The notes beneath the pieces are model-generated. The model was not told the origin of the DNA. It made no database searches and was given only the letters and a program-made list of their open reading frames with translations. This document shows, piece after piece, positions 32,630 through 40,543 of a DNA stretch of 52,038 bases. This DNA is from Victivallales bacterium (lineage in GTDB: Bacteria; Verrucomicrobiota; Lentisphaeria; Oligosphaerales; Oligosphaeraceae): contig JAFSTJ010000148.1 of the NCBI GenBank assembly GCA_017450525.1, forward strand, positions 1 to 52,038, read 5' to 3'. Numbering within the stretch: position 1 is the first letter of the stretch; every line of letters starts with the position of its first letter. The position numbers and the translations under genes were made by a program.

Positions 32630-34099
32630 GTGAAAGAGATAGGAAAGCAAAAGATGGAAAATCTAGTAGAGAAATACAAGATATACAGGTATGCGGCGAA
32701 AATAGCAGGTGAAAGAAAAGCAAAGGAATTGAATACCGTGATGGAGAATATGGCACTGGACTTTGATTTCAATGAAAGGTTTATCCAGACAATATGGAAT
32801 GAACAAAAGTTGGAAGGGGAATTAACGACAGAAGAGGGAAGTATTATAAAGGTATTATCGAATGGAATATGGAACAATGGGGCTGGGCCAGACTTCCATA
32901 ATGCATCGATGTTGATAGACGGGAAATTTTGCAGTGGAGATGTGGAGATTCATAAAAAAAGAAGTGATTGGTACAAGCACGGACACGAAGGAGATGAACG
33001 CTACGGAAATGTGATATTGCATGTGGTATGGGAGAATGACATGCAGCAGGTGCCTGGAAAAATGCCGATTGTTGTAATAAGCAAATATGTGAACGAGGAT
33101 TGGAGGAGGCTGCTTTGGGAACTTGAGGAATCTAGATATTCATACGCAGATAAAATAGGAAAAGGAGAATGTGTATTGAGATGGGCGATGACAGAGGATG
33201 GTAAGGTTAGAAGGTTGTTAGAAGCGGCTGGAATTGCCAGATACGGTTCAAAAGTCAGTAATATGAGGCGTGAGATTGAAAAGAAGGGAGAAGAGAGGGC
33301 ATTGTTAGAGGGGATATTTGATGTATTGGGATATAAGAACAATAGGAAACAATTTCATCAAATAGCTGAGGCATTGGAAATTGGCGTGTTACAGTCAAGT
33401 GAAATAGGAAATCTAGAAAAAGAAGCATTGATATTTGGAACAGCAAATATGATACCAGATACAACAAGGTGCAGGATAAATGAGCAAATGGCAGAATATG
33501 TAGATTTACTATGGGATGCATGGTGGAGAATAGGGCAGAGGAGAAAACTTGTTATTGAGTGGGATAATACAGAAAGCAGACCATATAACAGGCCGTGGAG
33601 GCGTTTGGTAGCAGGAATTGAGTTGTTGAAGATTACAGATTGGATGCCAAATACGTGGGTAAGAAGTCTAGCGGCGAGTTGTGCTTCGTCACAGGAATTG
33701 TTTAAGGGAATAAATGCATTAAACAACAAAAACACGATATTCAGGGATTATACAAGTTTTGAGAGCATTATCAAACCTGGAGCAGATTTGCTGGGGAGGG
33801 AAAGAATTGCGGACTTGGCCTGCAATGTATTGCTGCCATTCATTACGGCAATCGGCGAGATTGAGAGAAACGAGAAATATATGGATTTGGGAAGGAAAAC
33901 ATATATGTCAATGTCGTCAAGACAGGGAAACAGGCTGACTAAAGAGGCTAGTGCCAGGTTTTTGACGCCGCCTAGCAGAATCAAGGACCTGGTGAAAAGC
34001 ACATGTCAGCAACAGGGATTGTTGGACATATACAAGAACTTCTGTCTTGCGTTAGACAATAATTGCACATTGTGCCCATTCTCAGGCAATAATGGTTAA
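32630..34099 (+). CDS. DUF2851-family protein
   Basis: FIQTIWNEQKL ... GAGPDFHNASMLIDGKFCSGDVEIHKKRSDWYKHGHEGDERYGNVILHVVWEND matches the DUF2851 core as I remember it. The start is uncertain (GTG 32630, or ATG 32654, 32741 or 32750). Confidence 0.7.
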   Translation: MKEIGKQKMENLVEKYKIYRYAAKIAGERKAKELNTVMENMALDFDFNERFIQTIWNEQKLEGELTTEEGSIIKVLSNGIWNNGAGPDFHNASMLIDGKFCSGDVEIHKKRSDWYKHGHEGDERYGNVILHVVWENDMQQVPGKMPIVVISKYVNEDWRRLLWELEESRYSYADKIGKGECVLRWAMTEDGKVRRLLEAAGIARYGSKVSNMRREIEKKGEERALLEGIFDVLGYKNNRKQFHQIAEALEIGVLQSSEIGNLEKEALIFGTANMIPDTTRCRINEQMAEYVDLLWDAWWRIGQRRKLVIEWDNTESRPYNRPWRRLVAGIELLKITDWMPNTWVRSLAASCASSQELFKGINALNNKNTIFRDYTSFESIIKPGADLLGRERIADLACNVLLPFITAIGEIERNEKYMDLGRKTYMSMSSRQGNRLTKEASARFLTPPSRIKDLVKSTCQQQGLLDIYKNFCLALDNNCTLCPFSGNNG

Positions 34100-34116
34100 T
34101 AAAGGAGAAATAGGAG

Positions 34117-35175
34117 ATGGCTAATATCGAAGATAGTAAAAAAAGACGACCAGTTGATATTGCATCAAAGATGTTCTTTGGACAGCCAATTGTGGCAGCG
34201 GATGTAATAAATATATGTATTCGAGATCAAATCGGAAAAGGGAAAATACTTCCTGAATATTTAACAAGACTTGATCCGGCACACTATAATGTGCTGGTTG
34301 AGAAAGACGGTAAAATTAAAAGTGACAATCGGTACAGGGACCTGTTGTTCAAATGCAAGATTCCAGAAAAGGAGGGGAAATATATATATGTAGGGATTGA
34401 ATTGCAGACGAAAAAGGACAAGAACATGCTTGAGAGATGCTGGGAATATGACTTGAGATTTTATATAGAGCAGAAACATGACATAGCAGGGCGAGGTAGT
34501 TATGAAAGAATCCCTATTGTGAATATTGTATTATATCTTGGATATGACAAATGGAATGAGAAAATGTCATTGTTCGAGAAGCCATTTAATTTTCCAAAGG
34601 GAGTAATGTCTATATGTCCGAATTACTTCATCAATGTGTTCAACATGGTGGATTTGGCAAGAAAATCTGAGGTGGCTGATAGCGAAGAGTTGCGGGTTGT
34701 GCTAAATTGCTATCGCTTTATAAAAAACAAGAGAAAGTTGGAGACAATTATAAAGACAGGTATGCCCCTCGGCGTTTACAGCCTAAATGCCGCTATTCTC
34801 ATTAATGTATGCCTGAGACTGAAACTTAAGTTAAAAGTAGAAAATGGGAGAGTGGACATGTGCAAGGCAATGGACGATTGGAGAAAAGAGATTGAGAGAA
34901 AGGCCGAGAAGAGGGGTGAGAAGAGGGGTGAGAAGAGGGGTGAGAAGAGGGGAGTGATTATTGGCAAAGAAATTGGCAAAGAAATTGGCAAGGAAATTGG
35001 TAAGGCAATGGCTGATAGAAGGGCAGAGAAGCGAGGCAAGGAAAATACAATTATCAGCATTGTCCAGAGAATGCTTATTGGTGGGGTTTCTATCCGTGAT
35101 ATAGCAAAATACACTGGCTCGTCAAGCGCGAAAGTTAGAGCAATTGCTGCAGCGCAGAATCTTGCCCTGAATTGA
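34117..35175 (+). CDS. Rpn-family recombination-promoting nuclease / putative transposase (PD-(D/E)xK, YhgA-like) with internal tandem repeats
   Basis: N-terminal DIASKMFFGQP ... RYRDLLFKC ... YIYVGIELQTKKDKNMLERCWEY follows the YhgA/Transposase_31 pattern. In-frame repeats (GEKR)x4 and (GKEI)x4 are present, and the C-terminus has an HTH-like GVSIRDIAKYTGSSSAKVRAI. Confidence 0.7.
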   Translation: MANIEDSKKRRPVDIASKMFFGQPIVAADVINICIRDQIGKGKILPEYLTRLDPAHYNVLVEKDGKIKSDNRYRDLLFKCKIPEKEGKYIYVGIELQTKKDKNMLERCWEYDLRFYIEQKHDIAGRGSYERIPIVNIVLYLGYDKWNEKMSLFEKPFNFPKGVMSICPNYFINVFNMVDLARKSEVADSEELRVVLNCYRFIKNKRKLETIIKTGMPLGVYSLNAAILINVCLRLKLKLKVENGRVDMCKAMDDWRKEIERKAEKRGEKRGEKRGEKRGVIIGKEIGKEIGKEIGKAMADRRAEKRGKENTIISIVQRMLIGGVSIRDIAKYTGSSSAKVRAIAAAQNLALN

Positions 35176-35203
35176 GGAAAATGCAATTTCCCAAAGAATT
35201 ATC

Positions 35204-35244
35204 CCGCTAAGGCAACCTGTGTGGGCGCAACAGGCGCCCACACA
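35204..35244. repeat. REP-like element: CCGCTAAGGCAACC + GC hairpin (copy 2)
   Basis: The same 14-mer as at 16889 is followed by a perfect 11-bp stem tgtgtgggcgc(aacag)gcgcccacaca (35218..35244), directly after the Rpn gene stop. Confidence 0.65.
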
Positions 35245-35639
35245 AACCAAACTAACGCCACAGGCGTGTTCCCGCCAGTGCGACCTGAATGGGCGCTGCT
35301 GGCAACCACAATCCTTCCACGGGGCTGTATACGAAGATGATATCCCTGGGGATATTTCCTGGCGTGGAGGGCAGGGCAGTTTGCACTGAATCCGCCAGTC
35401 TTCCTAGAAATACGCGGCAAGGGACTTGGAATACAAAATTACAATACGTTGAAACACTTGATTCTGGAAGAAGCATAAAAATGGCAATTCTACGTGATTT
35501 TGCTGGGATTGACTGCAGCAGCATTGACATTGCCGGATGAAGTGGCATGGTATCCGCTACATGACGGCAAAGTCACCTAAGCAACGGATGGATTGGACTG
35601 GCTGCCAACAGTTCGTTATGTACGTGTGCAGCCACTACA

Positions 35640-36461
35640 TTACAACAGTTTCTTTTGCATCCACTGACGGGGGGATTCGTTAATATTACGCTTGAAGAAT
35701 CGTGAGAAGACGTATTCGCTGCTGAAGTTCATTAGCGTGGCGATTTCCTTTGAGGAGCGACCGTTTTGAAGCAATTCCAGGCAGCGTCCTGTTATCACTC
35801 GGTCTATAAGTTGTTTTGGGGTGATGCCAGTGCGTTCCTTGAAATGGCGTGTGAAGCATTCCCTGCTTTCGCCACATATTGATGCAAGTTCACTGACGGA
35901 TGTCTGTGCATCCCCTTGTTTTACGAGATAATCTGTGAGGTGCATGTATTGCTTCAGGGACAAAGGTCCCTGGAATGCCTCCTCGTCGTATGATGACAAA
36001 AGCCTAGCCATGATGGAGAAGGCAAGGCCGCCTACTTTAGCCGCTGCGATGCAATTATTGTCCGTGGAGGAAAACAGTTCAAGCAATTCCTGGAATTCAG
36101 GCTGCTGGGGCAACTCAAGCATGTGATTGCAGGCTGAAAATAACTCCACTCCAGGAAAAATGTAAAGGTTGGTGTGGACGGAAAGGAACTGCAACTCCTC
36201 GTCAAGCAGGAAAATCACAGGCAGGTATGCGGGCACAAAATAGAAACGGCCTGGCACCATTGTGTAACTCTTGAAGTGGTCGGCAATATAATTGTCCTCG
36301 CCATTTGGATTTTGCAAGGGAAAAAACAGGCGGTTTACAGGCATGGCCTTGTATTCTTGCTTTCGGTAAGGATAGGTGCCTTTTGCGTAATGCCTAACAT
36401 AAAATCTTGAATTATTGATGATTTTAAGCAGGTCATCCCTGTCTATGTGTGTTATTCCCAT
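35640..36461 (-). CDS. AraC-family transcriptional regulator
   Basis: The C-terminal double HTH (SELASICGESRECFTRHFKERTGITPKQLI ... IATLMNFSSEYVFSRFFKRNINESPRQW) is characteristic. It is divergent from the glycyl-radical enzyme gene. Confidence 0.88.
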   Translation of the reverse strand: MGITHIDRDDLLKIINNSRFYVRHYAKGTYPYRKQEYKAMPVNRLFFPLQNPNGEDNYIADHFKSYTMVPGRFYFVPAYLPVIFLLDEELQFLSVHTNLYIFPGVELFSACNHMLELPQQPEFQELLELFSSTDNNCIAAAKVGGLAFSIMARLLSSYDEEAFQGPLSLKQYMHLTDYLVKQGDAQTSVSELASICGESRECFTRHFKERTGITPKQLIDRVITGRCLELLQNGRSSKEIATLMNFSSEYVFSRFFKRNINESPRQWMQKKLL

Positions 36462-36606
36462 GGTCAGTTTCTCCAGTCATTGCTCACTAACATAGTGCAG
36501 AAAATCTTATTTTAAATCACAAATTGCTAAATAATAATTTTTTTTGCTATAGTAAATAATTGTAAAAAGTATATTTTATACGCAAGTGAAATAAGGAGGT
36601 GTATGT

Positions 36607-38664
36607 ATGGAATACGCCAGTTTTGATGAAATAAGGCCTCGTCTGGAAAAGCAATACGAGAATGCAGAGTATTGCATGGAAGGCGCCTGGGACGAGCAGA
36701 GGATGCGCATGGAATGGACCGCATGGCAGGCGGACAATCCAAATGAATACCGCGGTTTGCAGCGTGCAATGTTGACGAAGATGCTGCTGGAGCATGCGCC
36801 AATCGCCATTGAGAAGTGGAATCCTTTTCCTGGCAAGTTCAAGTGCTACAACCTTCCAATGGAGGATGTTAATGCACATTACAAGACGGCGGATGAAGTT
36901 GTGCCTGGCGTGGAACCTTACAAGATGGATTTCCAAAGAGGATTGGGATGGATGGTGGACAAAAGCCACGCAGCCCCAGACTGGAAAAGGGTGCTCGAAC
37001 TTGGCATTCCTGGTATGCTTGAGCAGGTTGCTGGGCGGGATACGCCATTCTATAAAGCGCTTGCCATTAGCCTGGAGGCGGTGAAGTGCTTCTGCCATCG
37101 TGTTGCTCGCCTCAATGATAACCCCGTGTATGATGAGATAGCGGAGCACGCGCCAAAGACCTTGCACGAGGCATTTGCCCTTGCATTTGTCCTCCACGAT
37201 GTGATAGAGATATGCCAGTGTGAGCAGATGCGCACCATGGGACGCTTTGATTCACTTTACATTGACTTCTACAGGAATGATCTGGCGGCTGGACGCTTGA
37301 CCAGAGATAGCGCAAAGGAACTCATAAAGTTCTTTTGGATTGTGTTTTATGCACGTTTCCAGGGGCTGCGCTTCGGCAAGAACTTCTGCTTTGGCCCCAA
37401 GTTCAACGAACTGTCGTACCTCGCCATGGAGGCGTATTATGAGATGAACATACAGGACCCCAAACTGTCTATTCTTGTTACGGAGGACATGCCACAGGAC
37501 TTCGCGGAATTGTATGCAAAATGCATCCGCGATGGGCGCACGGCGATAGTATCCCTGAACTATGAAGTGATTGTGGAAGGGCTTGTAAAGGATGGGCGCA
37601 CCAAGGAGGATGCGGAGAATTTCGTGCCCATAGGCTGCTACGAGCCTGCCGTGGCGGGCAAGGAGATGTCTTGCTCTGGGGCCACGCATTTGTTTATGCC
37701 CGTTATACTGCTGGCACTCCTTGAAGAAGACAGGCAATACGCCTCCTTTGAAGAACTTAAGAACGACTATCTTAGGAAAATCGGAGATACCATAAAACTA
37801 CTGCAGGAGAAACAGATACCCTGCGACAAGGTGTGGAGCCACATAAATCCAGTTCCGCTGCTGTCCGCTACATTTACGTCCTGTGTGGAAAGGGGACTGG
37901 ACGTATCGGAGGCGGGCGCAGTCTATAATTCCACAGGCACAGTTGTTTCCTACACCGCCGATGCCGTTGATTCACTGGCTGCAATACGTTATCTGGTGTT
38001 CGAGAAAAAACTTTGTACACTGGATGAATTGAGGGCAATCCTTGCAGACAACTGGCAGGGGCATGAACGTCTCAGGCGAATTGCCTTGACCAAGCCGCCT
38101 AAATGGGGTAACAACGACCAGAGGGCAGATGCCCTGGCTGTGGAGATAGCGGATTTTGCCTCTAAACGGCTGAAGGAGACCGCCAATGGACGCGGAGGGC
38201 ATTTCTTCCCGTCCATCTATGGACAGAGGGTGGTGGAGAATGGCCGCGAAATCGCCGCTCTGCCATCGGGACGATTGTCTGGCGAGCCTATGTCAAAGAA
38301 TATGGACGCTGTAATCGGAATGGACAGGCACGGCATAACCGGGCTCATGGAATCCGTGCTAAAAATTGACATGACTGCCTTCCCCTGCGGCACATGCCTG
38401 GATTTGATGCTGCATCCCACCTCGGTCAAGGGTAGTGAAGGCGTTCCGCTTCTGGTGTCCATAATTCGGAGATTCATTGCCCAAGGCGGCAGCGGAATAC
38501 AGTTCAATATATTCGATGCGAATGTGCTGAAGGATGCCCAGAAGCACCCTGAGAAGTACGAGAATCTTCAGGTGCGCGTCTGCGGCTGGAATGTGAAATT
38601 CAATGATTTGGAACCTGATGCCCAGGAGACTTTCATACGCCAGGCGGAAGAATTGATTAGTTGA
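36607..38664 (+). CDS. Glycyl radical enzyme (PFL-like fold, eliminase/dehydratase-type active-site loop), unusually short at 685 aa
   Basis: C-terminal glycyl-radical motif LQVRVCGWNVKFNDL. A Cys loop VPIGCYEPAVAG (GC-x-E type) is present. AAGGAGGT RBS at 36594..36600. Confidence 0.85.
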   Translation: MEYASFDEIRPRLEKQYENAEYCMEGAWDEQRMRMEWTAWQADNPNEYRGLQRAMLTKMLLEHAPIAIEKWNPFPGKFKCYNLPMEDVNAHYKTADEVVPGVEPYKMDFQRGLGWMVDKSHAAPDWKRVLELGIPGMLEQVAGRDTPFYKALAISLEAVKCFCHRVARLNDNPVYDEIAEHAPKTLHEAFALAFVLHDVIEICQCEQMRTMGRFDSLYIDFYRNDLAAGRLTRDSAKELIKFFWIVFYARFQGLRFGKNFCFGPKFNELSYLAMEAYYEMNIQDPKLSILVTEDMPQDFAELYAKCIRDGRTAIVSLNYEVIVEGLVKDGRTKEDAENFVPIGCYEPAVAGKEMSCSGATHLFMPVILLALLEEDRQYASFEELKNDYLRKIGDTIKLLQEKQIPCDKVWSHINPVPLLSATFTSCVERGLDVSEAGAVYNSTGTVVSYTADAVDSLAAIRYLVFEKKLCTLDELRAILADNWQGHERLRRIALTKPPKWGNNDQRADALAVEIADFASKRLKETANGRGGHFFPSIYGQRVVENGREIAALPSGRLSGEPMSKNMDAVIGMDRHGITGLMESVLKIDMTAFPCGTCLDLMLHPTSVKGSEGVPLLVSIIRRFIAQGGSGIQFNIFDANVLKDAQKHPEKYENLQVRVCGWNVKFNDLEPDAQETFIRQAEELIS

Positions 38665-38667
38665 ACA

Positions 38668-39570
38668 ATGAAAACTGCACCATACATTGACATAAAGCGC
38701 TTTGCAGTTCATGACGGGCCAGGAATCAGGACGACGCTGTTCCTGAAGGGCTGTAGCCTGCGCTGCATCTGGTGTCACAATCCAGAGAGTCGTGAATTGC
38801 GTCCTGAACTGGCTTTCCGCGAGATGAAATGCGCCCTTTGCGGAGAGTGCGCAAAAGTCTGCCACTACCACGTCATTGAGACTGGAAAGCATTTATTCAA
38901 GCGCGAGGAAAGCCAAGGCTGTGGCAGATGCGAGCAGGCATGTTTGTTTGGCGCACTGGAGTTGTATGGCAAGCAGATTTCCGTGGAGGAGGCAGCCAGC
39001 GTCCTGCTGGAGGACCGCAACTTCTACGGCGATGATGGAGGCATTACGATTTCGGGTGGTGAGCCATTGATGCACAGCAAGTTTTGCTCAGAGTTGTTTG
39101 CGCGTATTAAAGAAGAGGGCATCCACACCGCCTGCGACACTTGTGGAAACGTGCCCTGGAGCGCATTCGAGGAAGTGCTGCCAAACTGCGATGTGTTCCT
39201 CTACGACTTCAAATGCGCGAATACGGAACTACACAAGCGCCTGACTGGCTCGGGAAATGAACTCATACTTGAAAATCTTGAACGACTTTCACACACGGGC
39301 AAGGCGATAGAGATACGCATGGTAATGGTGCCGCAGCACAACATGGATATGGAAAATATCAGAAATGCAGCTACATTCCTTATGAGGCTTGACAACATTA
39401 CCGCTGTCAGGCTTCTTGCATACCATTCCATGGCAAGATCTAAATTCAAAGCAATCGGACATAAGGATACCATGCCTGACGTGCCACCTCCAACAGAACA
39501 AGAAATGGAGCAGGTCGAAAGGGTATTGGCGTCATACGGCTTGAATGTCATCAACACCTTGAGGAATTAA
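38668..39570 (+). CDS. Glycyl-radical enzyme activating protein (radical SAM)
   Basis: CSLRCIWCHNPES (Cx3Cx2C) plus two ferredoxin-like Cys clusters (CALCGECAKVCH, CGRCEQACLFGA). ITISGGEPL is also present. It starts 3 nt after the GRE stop. Confidence 0.9.
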   Translation: MKTAPYIDIKRFAVHDGPGIRTTLFLKGCSLRCIWCHNPESRELRPELAFREMKCALCGECAKVCHYHVIETGKHLFKREESQGCGRCEQACLFGALELYGKQISVEEAASVLLEDRNFYGDDGGITISGGEPLMHSKFCSELFARIKEEGIHTACDTCGNVPWSAFEEVLPNCDVFLYDFKCANTELHKRLTGSGNELILENLERLSHTGKAIEIRMVMVPQHNMDMENIRNAATFLMRLDNITAVRLLAYHSMARSKFKAIGHKDTMPDVPPPTEQEMEQVERVLASYGLNVINTLRN

Positions 39571-39621
39571 AATAAAAGTTTAATTTAGATAATTAGGTTT
39601 CCATCATAGGCACGGGAGAAA

Positions 39622-40374
39622 ATGCAAATGAGAACACGCAAAAAGGAATTTTCATTCAGTTTCACGCTGATTGAATTACTGGTTGTCATCGCAATCATCG
39701 CCATACTGGCGGCAATGCTGCTGCCTGCGTTGAGCAAGGCACGCGAGAAGGCGCGCGCCACGAGTTGCACTAACAACTTGAAGCAGTGCATGCTCTCGTC
39801 TCTTCTGTACGGTGATGACTATGAAGGCGAGATTTATATGACATACACGAACTCCAGCAACATGTATTGGCTTTTATACTACAAGAACATGAAATACCTC
39901 AACGACCCCCAAATGGCGGTATGCCCGTCCACCTTGCCACACGCATTCGTTGAAGGCACCACCAACTGCTGGTACAAAACCTACGGCATACGCGGGCACC
40001 ACAGCCGTGTCAATCTTGATCATATCCTAGTCAGACTTGGCCCCTCCGCCACGGACAGAACCTACATTTTGAGCAGCAAGCAGGTTACCCGCGTAAGTTC
40101 CTTCCCAGTATATGCTGATGCGGCGGACAGCAACCTCAGCCAGGTGGCGAACATAAACGATGCGAAGGATGCAGGAACCTACTACGAGGCGCATTCAGGC
40201 AAAGTCAATGCCGCTTTCCTTGACGGCCATGTGGAATCCCAGGGAGGGCGCCAGCTTCTGCAGAAGCACAGCGTGGAAATCGTTCTAAACGCAGCCAGCA
40301 ACCACAAATGGCAGACCTGTGGCTGGCTTGATGCATACGGCATAAGGCAATATGCCAACTTCTTTGGTGAATAA
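39622..40374 (+). CDS. Prepilin-type N-terminal cleavage/methylation domain protein (pseudopilin-like, H-x9-DG class)
   Basis: [42 protein letters not shown] at the N-terminus and [17 protein letters not shown] near the C-terminus. GGGAGA RBS. Confidence 0.88.
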   Translation: MQMRTRKKEFSFSFTLIELLVVIAIIAILAAMLLPALSKAREKARATSCTNNLKQCMLSSLLYGDDYEGEIYMTYTNSSNMYWLLYYKNMKYLNDPQMAVCPSTLPHAFVEGTTNCWYKTYGIRGHHSRVNLDHILVRLGPSATDRTYILSSKQVTRVSSFPVYADAADSNLSQVANINDAKDAGTYYEAHSGKVNAAFLDGHVESQGGRQLLQKHSVEIVLNAASNHKWQTCGWLDAYGIRQYANFFGE

Positions 40375-40385
40375 GAGTTGTAAAT

Positions 40386-40518
40386 GGACAGTGGACAGTG
40401 GACAGTGGATAGTGGACAGTGGACAATTTGGTGGCCTCGGCGAAAAGCCGCAGGCAGAACTGTGTCTTCCAAACGCAGGTGAAAACGCCAGCGCCCAGAA
40501 CAGTCCACAGTCCACAGT
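40386..40518. repeat. Heptamer tandem array and its imperfect inverted partner flanking a REP-like hairpin
   Basis: Six units at 40386..40427: ggacagt x3, ggatagt, ggacagt, ggacaat. The partner cagtccacagtccacagt sits at 40501..40518 and pairs with one A-A mismatch per 7 nt. Between them lies gcctcggcgaaaagccgcaggc (40434..40455). Confidence 0.9.
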
Positions 40519-40543
40519 TCAATTTTAAAACAAGGAGATTAAT

